Assembly (NCBI GenBank): GCA_963716205.1
Contig: OY970290.1
Location: 367,417 to 431,416 of the forward strand
DNA: 64,000 nucleotides
Reading direction: 5' to 3'
Source: an uncultured bacterium
GTDB lineage: Bacteria > Patescibacteriota > Minisyncoccia > Phycocordibacterales > GWA1-40-21
Shown here: piece by piece, positions 55,878-64,000 of the stretch
Numbering within the stretch: the first letter of the stretch is position 1
Layout of the letters: the number at the start of each line of letters is the position of its first letter
Notes under the pieces: model-generated
Seen by the model: only the letters and a program-made list of their open reading frames with translations
Database searches by the model: none
Told to the model about the DNA's origin: nothing
Made by a program: the position numbers and the translations under genes

Positions 55878-56330
55878 ATGACAATACACCAACAAATCAA
55901 GGACGGGATCAAGGAAGCGATGATCAAAAAAGATGCGCTTCGCCTTACCGTCTTGCGCGGGCTTCTCGCCGCTTTTATGAATGAAATGATCGCCAAGAAA
56001 ATTACCGGTGATGTACTTTCCAATGAGGATGCAATCGTAGTCATTCGCAGAGCAGTCAAACAGCGAAAAGATTCCATCGAGCAATTTGAAAAAGGCGGAC
56101 GAAAAGATCTCGCTGACAATGAGAAAGCTGAAATGAAAATTCTCGACACTTTCCTGCCCCAGCTTATGAATAAAGAAGAAATTGAAAAAGTGGTAAAAGC
56201 AAAAGTTGCCGCAGTCGGAACTATCGACAAAGTAAAGCTCGGACAATTTATCGGCGGCATTATGAAAGAATTGAAAGGCAAAGCTGACGGAGCGCTAGTG
56301 AAAGAAATTGTGGAGGAAATGGTACAGTAG
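55878..56330 (+). CDS. GatB/YqeY domain protein
   Basis: IKDGIKEAMIKKDALRLTVLRGLLAAF and the C-terminal VGTIDKVKLGQFIGGIMKELKGKADG pattern. Confidence 0.7.
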   Translation: MTIHQQIKDGIKEAMIKKDALRLTVLRGLLAAFMNEMIAKKITGDVLSNEDAIVVIRRAVKQRKDSIEQFEKGGRKDLADNEKAEMKILDTFLPQLMNKEEIEKVVKAKVAAVGTIDKVKLGQFIGGIMKELKGKADGALVKEIVEEMVQ

Positions 56331-56359
56331 TTGACAAAAAACATTATTTTTTATTAAAT

Positions 56360-56674
56360 ATGAAACAGGGTATCGAAACATCAGAGCAGATTGGAGATGA
56401 AATGAAAAAGGAGAATTTGATTCAAGGTTTTCTCAATTTTTATGTTGACCTGATCAACAATAAAAAAATGACTGAAGACCAGGCATACAAAAAGATACGG
56501 GATTCAGCATACAAGGTATCTTTTGAAATAGGAACGCGGATTGATGTCGAATTGGGCAGAAAGCCTCGGGAAAATCATCAAGCGGATGAACCGGGAGAAG
56601 ATCATGATGATTTGGTTCGAGAAATTAAGAAGGTCGGGAAAGAAAGAAATAATTGGGCTCATGGACGCTACTAA
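56360..56674 (+). CDS. hypothetical protein (104 aa)
   Basis: ORF with a hairpin terminator at about 56677-56715. Confidence 0.35.
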   Translation: MKQGIETSEQIGDEMKKENLIQGFLNFYVDLINNKKMTEDQAYKKIRDSAYKVSFEIGTRIDVELGRKPRENHQADEPGEDHDDLVREIKKVGKERNNWAHGRY

Positions 56675-57012
56675 GGGAACGAAGCTGGCAACTTCTTCCC
56701 TTTTTTTATTTGCTTTTTGAAAAGTTTTATGTTATAAAGTAAAAGAGTGAATTTTAGTTCGGGAGAAGATACATTGGAAATACAAAAAGAAAAGAAAATA
56801 AATGGGGTGCGTTGCGTTCAGATACAAGTACCTCAAAGAAAAAAAGTATCTGAATTTCGTGCTTCAAAAAAACGACCTTTAAAACATCATTATTCTACTC
56901 AACGACCAATCGTTGGACATTGGAGTCCACGATAATAAATTGAGAACGGGGACTTTCACAAGTCCCCTTTTTGTTTGTCTAAAATAGAAAAAATGGTATA
57001 TTTGCTTTCGCT

Positions 57013-57087
57013 GGCTCCATCGTCTAACGGTTAGGACACGGCCTTCTCAAGGCTGGAATCGGGGTTCGATTCCCCGTGGAGTCACCA
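57013..57087 (+). tRNA. tRNA-Glu (anticodon CUC), CCA encoded
   Basis: Manual fold: acceptor stem ggctcca/tggagtc, anticodon stem cggcc/ggctg with loop ttCTCaa, T-arm cgggg-ttcgatt-ccccg, then discriminator A + CCA. Confidence 0.8.
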
Positions 57088-57179
57088 ATTCGTGCGCGCA
57101 CGAGAAGCCTTATTTTTAAGGCTTCTTTCGCAATCAAGATTAATAACCCTTTCAGGGAATCGAACCCAAGGTAGGATCA

Positions 57180-57977
57180 TTAGTGAAGATCAAAATCAAC
57201 AAAGAGCGGCAAATGATCCGACACGACATCGGGAAGAACTTTGAAATCATTGATCTTGATATCGGGGGATACAAAGATATAATCTGCAAACCTCGGGCCG
57301 TCTTTGAATCTCCTATAAAGCTCCGTGCGTGTGGAAGTAACGCCATGTTCAGTCACGAGATTTTTCATTCCGGTCTTCTCTATCATTTTAATACTTTCCG
57401 TTTCGGGTAGTAAATTGAAATCCCCGACCAAAATCTTGGGACAATCGAACATCGCTAGGAAATCAACAATGACACCTGACTGTTTGAGCCTTTTCGGGCT
57501 ATCACTCTTACCTTGTGGTCGGTGAGTAAGGTGAGCATTCACCAGAAGCAGATTTTTGCCGTCGATCTTAAGTTCAAGCCACTGAATCTTTCGATGATGG
57601 TCTTTCGTTTCTGCATCATTGTTGGTTTCCCAGTCTCCGCGATGAACAAATGTTTCTCCTCTGTCGATGATTTTGACCTTTGATCTGGTGAAAGTTGCGA
57701 GACCATATACCTCTTTAAATGTCTGGCAAAACTCGCCAACGTAATCGGGCAAATGCGATTGGAGTGTCTTGAAGAGATCAAGATCTGGCTCAAGACCCGG
57801 CACACGGACATTGCTTTCAGAAAGTTTATTCGCACCATGAAAGATTTCCTGAAAGCACCAGATATCAATATCTCGGTGTACATCGAAAAATTCCTCAAGT
57901 TTTTTCACCCTTCCACCCCAGAGATTCAAGGTTGTTAATTTCATATTAATTGCTAACTTCGTGGTACTCAGATCCAT
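57180..57977 (-). CDS. endonuclease/exonuclease/phosphatase (EEP) family protein
   Basis: LNLWGG...WCFQEI, a DxH-containing core and the C-terminal SDHLPL motif. Confidence 0.6.
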   Translation of the reverse strand: MDLSTTKLAINMKLTTLNLWGGRVKKLEEFFDVHRDIDIWCFQEIFHGANKLSESNVRVPGLEPDLDLFKTLQSHLPDYVGEFCQTFKEVYGLATFTRSKVKIIDRGETFVHRGDWETNNDAETKDHHRKIQWLELKIDGKNLLLVNAHLTHRPQGKSDSPKRLKQSGVIVDFLAMFDCPKILVGDFNLLPETESIKMIEKTGMKNLVTEHGVTSTRTELYRRFKDGPRFADYIFVSPDIKINDFKVLPDVVSDHLPLFVDFDLH

Positions 57978-58048
57978 TTATTCTCTTGTAAGAATCTAAT
58001 CACTTTTCCAAATATCTTTTCATGCCCGCTGAAGCCTCACATATTTAT

Positions 58049-58345
58049 TTAAGCAGCTTTAATATGTAAAATATCCATTATTTTTTCTGCGGCAGTTTCA
58101 AAATCTCCAGATATAATAGAAAATTTTATCTCAGGATTATTTAAAGCAATTTCCCTGAATTTTTTTCCATATTCCGAAGCCATATTTGCTTCTTTAAGAT
58201 GTCTTTCGGTATCATTTTTGTAGGAAATTCCTTTTTTCATTTCTCCAATAAGAAAACCCTGAAAAGGATCAAATTTACTGTTAAAATCATCTAATTCTTT
58301 TTGTTGCTCTTCAGTTTTTATATCTTCCGGATTCATATTTAACAA
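58049..58345 (-). CDS. hypothetical protein (98 aa)
   Basis: ORF between the EEP gene and murF. No family recognised. Confidence 0.35.
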   Translation of the reverse strand: MLNMNPEDIKTEEQQKELDDFNSKFDPFQGFLIGEMKKGISYKNDTERHLKEANMASEYGKKFREIALNNPEIKFSIISGDFETAAEKIMDILHIKAA

Positions 58346-58357
58346 TTATACTCCGAG

Positions 58358-59647
58358 CTATTTCTTTTTCCACTCCTCATCTTGTCTAACAAGCATTTCC
58401 TTGGCTTTTTGCGGATCTGCCATAAGTTCTTCGACAATACGTTCTAAACGCATAGATTGCGAACCTTTAACGAGAATAATATCGCCTTCCTGAATTATTT
58501 CTTGAATATCTCGTTTTACTTCCATTGAATCATCAAATTGAAAAATATTTGTATCATCCATTTCTGTATCAAGTGCGCCCTCAGCTATTTTTCTCGATCG
58601 AATACCAACAGCAACAAGAATATCGCACGACTGTGCTGCTATCTTTCCGACTTCATAATGCTCATCTATGGAATGTTTTCCAAGCTCCATCATGTCGCCA
58701 AGCATTGCGATTTTTCTGCCTTTCGTTTTTATACTTTTGAGTGTATTGAGCGCAGAAATAGCCGCAACCGGTGAAGAATTATATGTATCATCGATAATAA
58801 TCGTGTTTTCGACACCTTGAATTATTTTCATCCTGCCTTTCGGAGTTTCGTGATTCATCAGCGCTTCACCCGCCTGTATCAGATTTATTTTCTGCGAAAG
58901 CCCGACGGCAAGCGCCGCGAGAGACGCGTAAATATTTTGCATGCCGAGTGAACCGAGCGTGACGATTGGCACAATATTGTTTTCATATTGGACTTTGAAT
59001 GTCATTCCCGCCGGTTTCCCCTTTTCATAATATACCTGAGCATCGGAAGCGATAAGATTTGCCATGGCATCCGTACCGTAAATAATTGAAATATTTTTCG
59101 AAGAATCTTTTATCTTCATGGCATCATCGTCATCGCCGTTCACTACGAGCACGCCGTCGTGCTTGAGAGCATCCACTAGATATTTTTTCTCGCGGATGAT
59201 CGCTTCCCTGCCGGTAAAAAATTCGATATGCACCGGCACTTTTGCAAACGCCGTGAGAACGACGACATCCGGCTTGAGCCACTGCGTTATCTTTTGTATA
59301 TCCTTCGGCCTGTCCGCGCCGATTTCAAGCACGAGCCATTTCGGATAATCGGTTTGGAAAAGCAAAGTGGAAAATCCCGAAAAAATATTGCGAATCCAAA
59401 GTATTGGATCATACCACGCATTCGGACAGCCCAAAATGGTCAGCGGAATTCCAATATCGCTGTTGAAACTTTTCTCGCTTTTGCGGATATAGAAAAATTT
59501 TGACATAACCGAAAAAATGGCATCCTTGGTCGAAGTTTTTCCTACACTTCCCGTCACAGCTATGATTTTCGGCTTGTATTTTTTTAAAATAAGCTTTGCC
59601 TGCCACTCGATGACCTGTGAAATTATTTTTTTGAATGTCGATTTCAT
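58358..59647 (-). CDS. murF: UDP-N-acetylmuramoyl-tripeptide--D-alanyl-D-alanine ligase
   Basis: Mur-ligase P-loop AVTGSVGKTSTKD. It lies in the dcw cluster after ftsI. Confidence 0.8.
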   Translation of the reverse strand: MKSTFKKIISQVIEWQAKLILKKYKPKIIAVTGSVGKTSTKDAIFSVMSKFFYIRKSEKSFNSDIGIPLTILGCPNAWYDPILWIRNIFSGFSTLLFQTDYPKWLVLEIGADRPKDIQKITQWLKPDVVVLTAFAKVPVHIEFFTGREAIIREKKYLVDALKHDGVLVVNGDDDDAMKIKDSSKNISIIYGTDAMANLIASDAQVYYEKGKPAGMTFKVQYENNIVPIVTLGSLGMQNIYASLAALAVGLSQKINLIQAGEALMNHETPKGRMKIIQGVENTIIIDDTYNSSPVAAISALNTLKSIKTKGRKIAMLGDMMELGKHSIDEHYEVGKIAAQSCDILVAVGIRSRKIAEGALDTEMDDTNIFQFDDSMEVKRDIQEIIQEGDIILVKGSQSMRLERIVEELMADPQKAKEMLVRQDEEWKKK

Positions 59648-59696
59648 GATAATATTCTTACATTAATATATATTCTTCTTTTGCGCAAAATTCCAT

Positions 59697-61454
59697 TTAT
59701 CGGTCCGGCGGAATTTCATAATAATTGATAAGGAATTTCGTGATATCAAAAAATGGATCAGTCAGCGTTTGCGAAGCATAATTGACATGCTGCGGCTCAT
59801 AAGTGTAAAGAAAAATGAGAAAACGTGGATTATACGCCGGAAAATAACCGAAAAATGAATGCAGATATTCGTCCGGATAATATCCGCCGCCTTGATTTGC
59901 CGGTCGCGCGATCTGGGCAGTTCCCGTCTTTGCGGCAACGCTGTAATCTTTTAGATTTGCCGCAGGATTTATTTTTACGAGCTCTTGGTCGACGACATTC
60001 ACCAACATTTGGGTGACAATTGCCGCCGTTGACGGCTTGATGATTTGCTTCGCTTCATCGGTATAATCAATCGTTTTGGTAAAACCAGTGATATAATTGA
60101 TTTTGTCCACAACGTGTGGCGTAATGAGTTTGCCACCGTTTGCAAGCACCGCAAGGGCACGCGCCGTTTGAATCGGGGTCATGGAAATTCCTTGACCAAA
60201 AGATGCCGTGTCGTATTCAACCTGTTTTTGATTGGTCAGATTGTCCAAAAGATTGGTGATGTCTCCAGATGCTTCATCCGGCAAATCAATGCCAGTCTCG
60301 GAGCCGATGCCGTAATTTTCAAAATATGCGAGCATGGTCGGCTTGCCGGTCTTTGTGGCAATATATGAAGCGCCGACATTGAGCGAGTCGTTCAAAATAG
60401 TCTGCATCGGTATGATTCCGTACGGTCCGTGCGTGGCGTCGTCAAAATTATGTATCGTGCTTCCATCAACGGTGATGAAACCTGTATCATCATACGTGCT
60501 TGTTGATGTGATGGCTCCACTGTCGATGCCGGCTGCCATAGTCAAAGGTTTGATAATCGATCCCATTTCATATGCATTGGAAACAAGAGGATCGGCGTAA
60601 ATACTAACGTTCGTCTGGCTTCCGAAATCGTTCAGATTGAAACTCGGATACATTGCCATTGCATAAATTTTGCCGGTATTCGGATCCATGACGATTGCTC
60701 CGGTAGCCTGTGAGCTCCATTTTGCATTTGCAGCCGCGATTTCTTTTTCCACATATGCCTCGACTTCCGGATCAATACTCGTCACGATATCGCCTTCCAT
60801 CTTATCGTCCTCTATGAAATTTGTTTTGATATCGGAAAATAATTCTGCAAACGTGTTCACATACATGCTGCTGTCATCGCGCGAAAGTACGTCATCGTAA
60901 TATTTTTCAAGCCCGTATCTCCCCGTCAAGTTTGTGCCGGTGTCGTCATACCCGACAAAACCGATAACTTGCGCCGCAAGATCGTCTCCGGGATAATATC
61001 TCCATTTTTCATTTTCAATGATCACTCCGGGTAAATCAAGTGCGCTGATTTTCTGTATCTCATCCGCCGGAACTTCTTTTGCAATTTCAACATACGTATC
61101 GCTTTGATCCGCAGTCTTGGAATAAAAATCTGATGCATCAATCGGGATGATATTTGAAATTTCTTTGTAATATGTTTCCGAATCAGTCGCCATGACGGTA
61201 TCATTCACGGCAAGAATATATCCAGTTTGCAGCCCTGCCGCAGTTATCAAAGAGCCATTATTGTCCTCAAAAAAAATATTTCCGCGGTCAAACGTATCGT
61301 TGGATACGCTGACATACTGGCTGTCGGCTTTTTCGCTGTAATTATCACCATGCACGACCTGCAAAAAATATAATCGCACAATCATCAGAAATGCGAAGAC
61401 AGCCAAACAGCCGAAAATCAGTCTGATTCTGTTTTGAAAGCGGTTAGTTTTCAT
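59697..61454 (-). CDS. ftsI: penicillin-binding protein (FtsI/PBP2-type transpeptidase)
   Basis: N-terminal TM. SxxK in GSIIKPL and KTG in AAKTGTAQ. Confidence 0.85.
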   Translation of the reverse strand: MKTNRFQNRIRLIFGCLAVFAFLMIVRLYFLQVVHGDNYSEKADSQYVSVSNDTFDRGNIFFEDNNGSLITAAGLQTGYILAVNDTVMATDSETYYKEISNIIPIDASDFYSKTADQSDTYVEIAKEVPADEIQKISALDLPGVIIENEKWRYYPGDDLAAQVIGFVGYDDTGTNLTGRYGLEKYYDDVLSRDDSSMYVNTFAELFSDIKTNFIEDDKMEGDIVTSIDPEVEAYVEKEIAAANAKWSSQATGAIVMDPNTGKIYAMAMYPSFNLNDFGSQTNVSIYADPLVSNAYEMGSIIKPLTMAAGIDSGAITSTSTYDDTGFITVDGSTIHNFDDATHGPYGIIPMQTILNDSLNVGASYIATKTGKPTMLAYFENYGIGSETGIDLPDEASGDITNLLDNLTNQKQVEYDTASFGQGISMTPIQTARALAVLANGGKLITPHVVDKINYITGFTKTIDYTDEAKQIIKPSTAAIVTQMLVNVVDQELVKINPAANLKDYSVAAKTGTAQIARPANQGGGYYPDEYLHSFFGYFPAYNPRFLIFLYTYEPQHVNYASQTLTDPFFDITKFLINYYEIPPDR

Positions 61455-61779
61455 TTAAGGACAATGTTCTCGCACCCTCCGGAGCAATGACTGCAAAAGT
61501 ATCTTCCGGAACCGAAACATATCCTTTTGAAAGTGCGAGATCGATTGTAATGTTATTTTCCAAGCCCAAATATTTGAATTCCAAAGAATCTACGCTTGAA
61601 TTAAGCGATGAAATCTGGCTTTGCAGATTTTGTTTTGCCACTGCATTCAATATCGTCCTATTGACAAGAAATCCGTATGCAATGAGCAAAAATGCAAATA
61701 CAAGGAAAAGGCTCCAAAAGATTTTCTTTTCTCTGTATTCGATTTTATCTATTTGATTTTTGATTATTTGTGCCACCAT
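61444..61779 (-). CDS. FtsL-like cell division protein
   Basis: Small single-TM coiled-coil protein at the ftsL position between rsmH and ftsI. Confidence 0.5.
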   Translation of the reverse strand: MVAQIIKNQIDKIEYREKKIFWSLFLVFAFLLIAYGFLVNRTILNAVAKQNLQSQISSLNSSVDSLEFKYLGLENNITIDLALSKGYVSVPEDTFAVIAPEGARTLSLNEN

Positions 61780-61783
61780 ATGT

Positions 61784-62674
61784 TTATATTTTTTCTATCA
61801 CTCTCAATTTTGCGCTTCTCGACCTTGGATTTTCTTGTATCTCATCTTCCGTCGGCGTAATCGGTTTTTTGTTTATTAATTTTCCCCGTTTTTCTTTTGC
61901 TTTGTCCCGAAAAAAACTCTTCACTTCCCTGTCTTCAACGCTGTGAAATGAAATGATTGCCATCCGCCCTTCTATATTTAAAACTTCCCAGCCTTTTGCC
62001 ATTCCCTCTTTGAGCGCTGTAATCTCGTCATTGACCGCGATGCGAAGTGCCTGAAATGTTTTTGTCGCAAAATGTATTTTGCCTCTTGTATATACCGCCG
62101 GAACTGCGCTTCGGATGATTTCCACCAATTCATCCGTCATTTTGATCTCTTTCGTCTTACGAGCTTCCACCACCGCTCTTGCAATCCTTCGCGCGTATCG
62201 CTCGTCCGAGTAACCGTATAAAATATCCGCGATCGTTTCCTCCTTCCAATTATTCAAAATTATTTCTGCCGTCACTTTCTGATCTTTGTTTTCGGAAAAT
62301 GTCATCAAAAGCGGTTCGTTGTTTTTGAAAGAAAATCCGCGGCCGGAAGCATCAAGCTCATCGGATGAAAGTCCAAGGTCAAGCAGGATTGCATCAACTT
62401 TTTTTATTCCAAGCTTTGCGAGCACAACATCAATATTTCGGTAATCCGAAATGATGAAGTGATGATTCTTCCCGAGCTTCGAAAAAATATCTTGCGCGTG
62501 CTTCACTGCACTTTCGTTTTTGTCCGTACCGATGATTTCCACTTTATTGCCGAATCTTTTAAAAACTTCCTGTGCATGTCCTGCGGCTCCGAGCGTGCCG
62601 TCAAAATAGATCCGGCCGATTTTCAAGTTGAGATTATCTATTGATTCATGTAAAAGAACTGTGCGGTGTATCAT
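61784..62674 (-). CDS. rsmH: 16S rRNA (cytosine1402-N4)-methyltransferase
   Basis: HRTVLLHESIDNL...YFDGTLGAAGHAQ is the RsmH N-terminal signature. Confidence 0.85.
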   Translation of the reverse strand: MIHRTVLLHESIDNLNLKIGRIYFDGTLGAAGHAQEVFKRFGNKVEIIGTDKNESAVKHAQDIFSKLGKNHHFIISDYRNIDVVLAKLGIKKVDAILLDLGLSSDELDASGRGFSFKNNEPLLMTFSENKDQKVTAEIILNNWKEETIADILYGYSDERYARRIARAVVEARKTKEIKMTDELVEIIRSAVPAVYTRGKIHFATKTFQALRIAVNDEITALKEGMAKGWEVLNIEGRMAIISFHSVEDREVKSFFRDKAKEKRGKLINKKPITPTEDEIQENPRSRSAKLRVIEKI

Positions 62675-62685
62675 AAATCTCTGAT

Positions 62686-63120
62686 TTATAATGCACCCGC
62701 CTGACCCAATTTCTCCGCTAATTGATCCGCCCGCTTCTCCACTCCGCCTTTATATTCTCTCCATGTTTCCTCGTTCCAGATTTCTACGCGGTCTTGGACA
62801 CCAATGACAGACACCTTGCTCTTAAGCTCGGCGCGCTTCACCAAAAACTCGGGCAATAAAATTCTGCCGATCGTATCCACCTCGACTTCAGTCGCGCTGC
62901 CGAACATATAGCGATTGAAGCTGCGGTTATCCGCCTGAAGCATGGAAAACTGTGAGAGCTTGGCAGAAATATCTTTCCATTGCGCAAGGGTGAAAAGCCA
63001 AAGACAATTGTCGAGACCCGCAGTCACGATAATCTTCTTGCCGATTTCTTTGCGGAACTTTACAGGCAAAGAAACCCTTTTCTTTTCGTCGAGCGTATGG
63101 ATATATTCGCCGATAAGCAT
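62686..63120 (-). CDS. mraZ: transcriptional regulator MraZ
   Basis: MLIGEYIHTLDEKKRVSLPVKFR. 144 aa. It sits at the head of the dcw cluster. Confidence 0.85.
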   Translation of the reverse strand: MLIGEYIHTLDEKKRVSLPVKFRKEIGKKIIVTAGLDNCLWLFTLAQWKDISAKLSQFSMLQADNRSFNRYMFGSATEVEVDTIGRILLPEFLVKRAELKSKVSVIGVQDRVEIWNEETWREYKGGVEKRADQLAEKLGQAGAL

Positions 63121-63160
63121 ATTTAGTAAAGTTAAATGAGAAATTGCGGGAAAAACTTTC

Positions 63161-63212
63161 TATCCCACTTATTCCCACCTAATGCATATTTTATAACACT
63201 CTATCCCACAAT
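63161..63212 (-). promoter_or_regulatory. putative MraZ operator with three GTGGGA-type direct repeats upstream of mraZ
   Basis: On the minus strand the repeats are aaGTGGGatag, agGTGGGaat and ttGTGGGatag, at 63164-63168, 63174-63178 and 63205-63209 (spacings 10 and 31 bp). Confidence 0.5.
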
Positions 63213-63298
63213 ACAACAACATGTCACATTTTCTTTTTGCGATTATTCTACAATTTTTGAAAATTTTGTAATAGAAAAATATGGCTTAAAATAAGCGT

Positions 63299-63352
63299 GA
63301 AACTTAAACTGAGCGGAAAAGTTCTAAAGAACTTTTCCGCTCAGTTTAAGTT
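63299..63352. terminator. perfect long palindrome (acttaaactgagcggaaaagttct aa agaacttttccgctcagtttaagt), probably a bidirectional terminator or insulator
   Basis: A stem of about 25 bp with a 2-nt loop, seen directly in the sequence. Confidence 0.5.
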
Positions 63353-63734
63353 ATCAACAGGTTATGAATAATTAGTGTGATCTAAATATTGTATTCCTTA
63401 CCAAGTAGTTCTTTAAATCTTCTCTCTACTTCACTTTTTATAATGTTTAATCTATTAATTTCACCAGAATTTTTTGTATATAATAATTGAACCGTTGAAT
63501 CTGTATATTTTTCCCAATCTTCTAATATACGTAACTTTTTATCTGGTTCATGTGCATACCTTTCGCTTAAAATTAAATAGTTTTTTGCATTGGTAAATAA
63601 AGTTTTTTTCTATCACTATTGTCAGATAGTTCATATATCCTTTTATCAATTTCTCTAGTACGGCTTTCCGCATTTCTTAATTTAATAGAAGTAATAATTC
63701 TTTGAAAGATATTCATATTTTTTAATTTTATTTT

Positions 63735-64000
63735 CTATCCCTTCTTCCTCATAAACGGAAATGTCTGACATTCGCGGATTGGTTTGTCGGCGAGGAAACT
63801 GAAAAGTCGTTCGGAAAGTCCAAAGCCGCATGTCGGCGGCATGCCATATTCAAGTGCTTCGATAAAATCAGCGTCCATCATCTGCGCTTCCTCGTCCCCG
63901 CTTGCGCGGAGCTTCGCCTGATCCTCAAATCTTTCCATCTGGTCGAGGGGGTCATTGAGCTCGCTGAAACCTTTTCCATTTTCACTTCCAGCAAGTATCA
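63735..64000 (-). CDS. class IIb aminoacyl-tRNA synthetase (Lys/Asn/Asp type), C-terminal fragment. The gene continues beyond the window end
   Basis: [17 protein letters not shown]...FPFMRK matches the motif-3 / C-terminal region of LysRS, AsnRS or AspRS. Confidence 0.55.
   Translation of the reverse strand, partial: ILAGSENGKGFSELNDPLDQMERFEDQAKLRASGDEEAQMMDADFIEALEYGMPPTCGFGLSERLFSFLADKPIRECQTFPFMRKKG

Noticed and set aside
56747-56935. 62-aa ORF as a confident protein-coding gene
   Set aside because: It has a GTG start without a clear RBS, a highly structured sequence and an extreme basic composition. It is kept only as an sRNA or micro-ORF candidate in the findings.

Overview
This is a low-GC bacterial window using the standard genetic code (TGA and TAA both act as stops and are backed by hairpin terminators). 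Its gene content suggests a small-genome, fermentative, possibly Patescibacteria/CPR-like organism: phosphoketolase plus acetate kinase, PPDK, DedA paralogs, a sigma-region-4/HARE-HTH protein, and many small hypothetical genes. This is an impression from the sequence, not a search result.

Coordinates 1 to about 23,000 are an accessory/mobile region. They contain:
- a tyrosine integrase with an excisionase-like HTH gene;
- a ParB-like nuclease gene followed 3 bp later by a large serine recombinase;
- a co-oriented three-gene operon on the minus strand: a small PD-(D/E)xK nuclease, a 258-aa unknown, and a 1576-aa DUF4011-like SF1 helicase fused to a DUF559-like nuclease. I read this as a candidate defence system;
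- an IS1595-family element with about 33-bp terminal inverted repeats that carries two passenger genes and sits 32 bp upstream of that operon;
- a class-I-like Fic toxin with a separate antitoxin-like Fic_N ORF;
- most strikingly, an array of about 10 directly oriented 35-40 bp repeats (consensus roughly ccaaacaaGTTCTAACTTCCTCTATCCAnnGGAGCAGAA) at 17.2-23.0 kb. Each repeat sits at the boundary of a small, self-contained gene cassette with its own promoter and terminator. Cassettes occur in either orientation. I regard this as an integron-like cassette array of unknown mechanism.

Coordinates from about 23,000 to 64,000 are core genome:
- the start of the dcw cluster (mraZ-rsmH-ftsL-ftsI-murF) with MraZ-box repeats;
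- tRNA-Glu(CUC), leuS, hisS, typA;
- xfp-ackA and ppdK;
- lexA downstream of a sigma-70-like promoter whose spacer contains a Cheo-type SOS box;
- tandem DedA paralogs and tandem GH130-like paralogs, an aminotransferase, rmuC, and others.

All domain calls come from motifs I recognised by eye, not from database searches.
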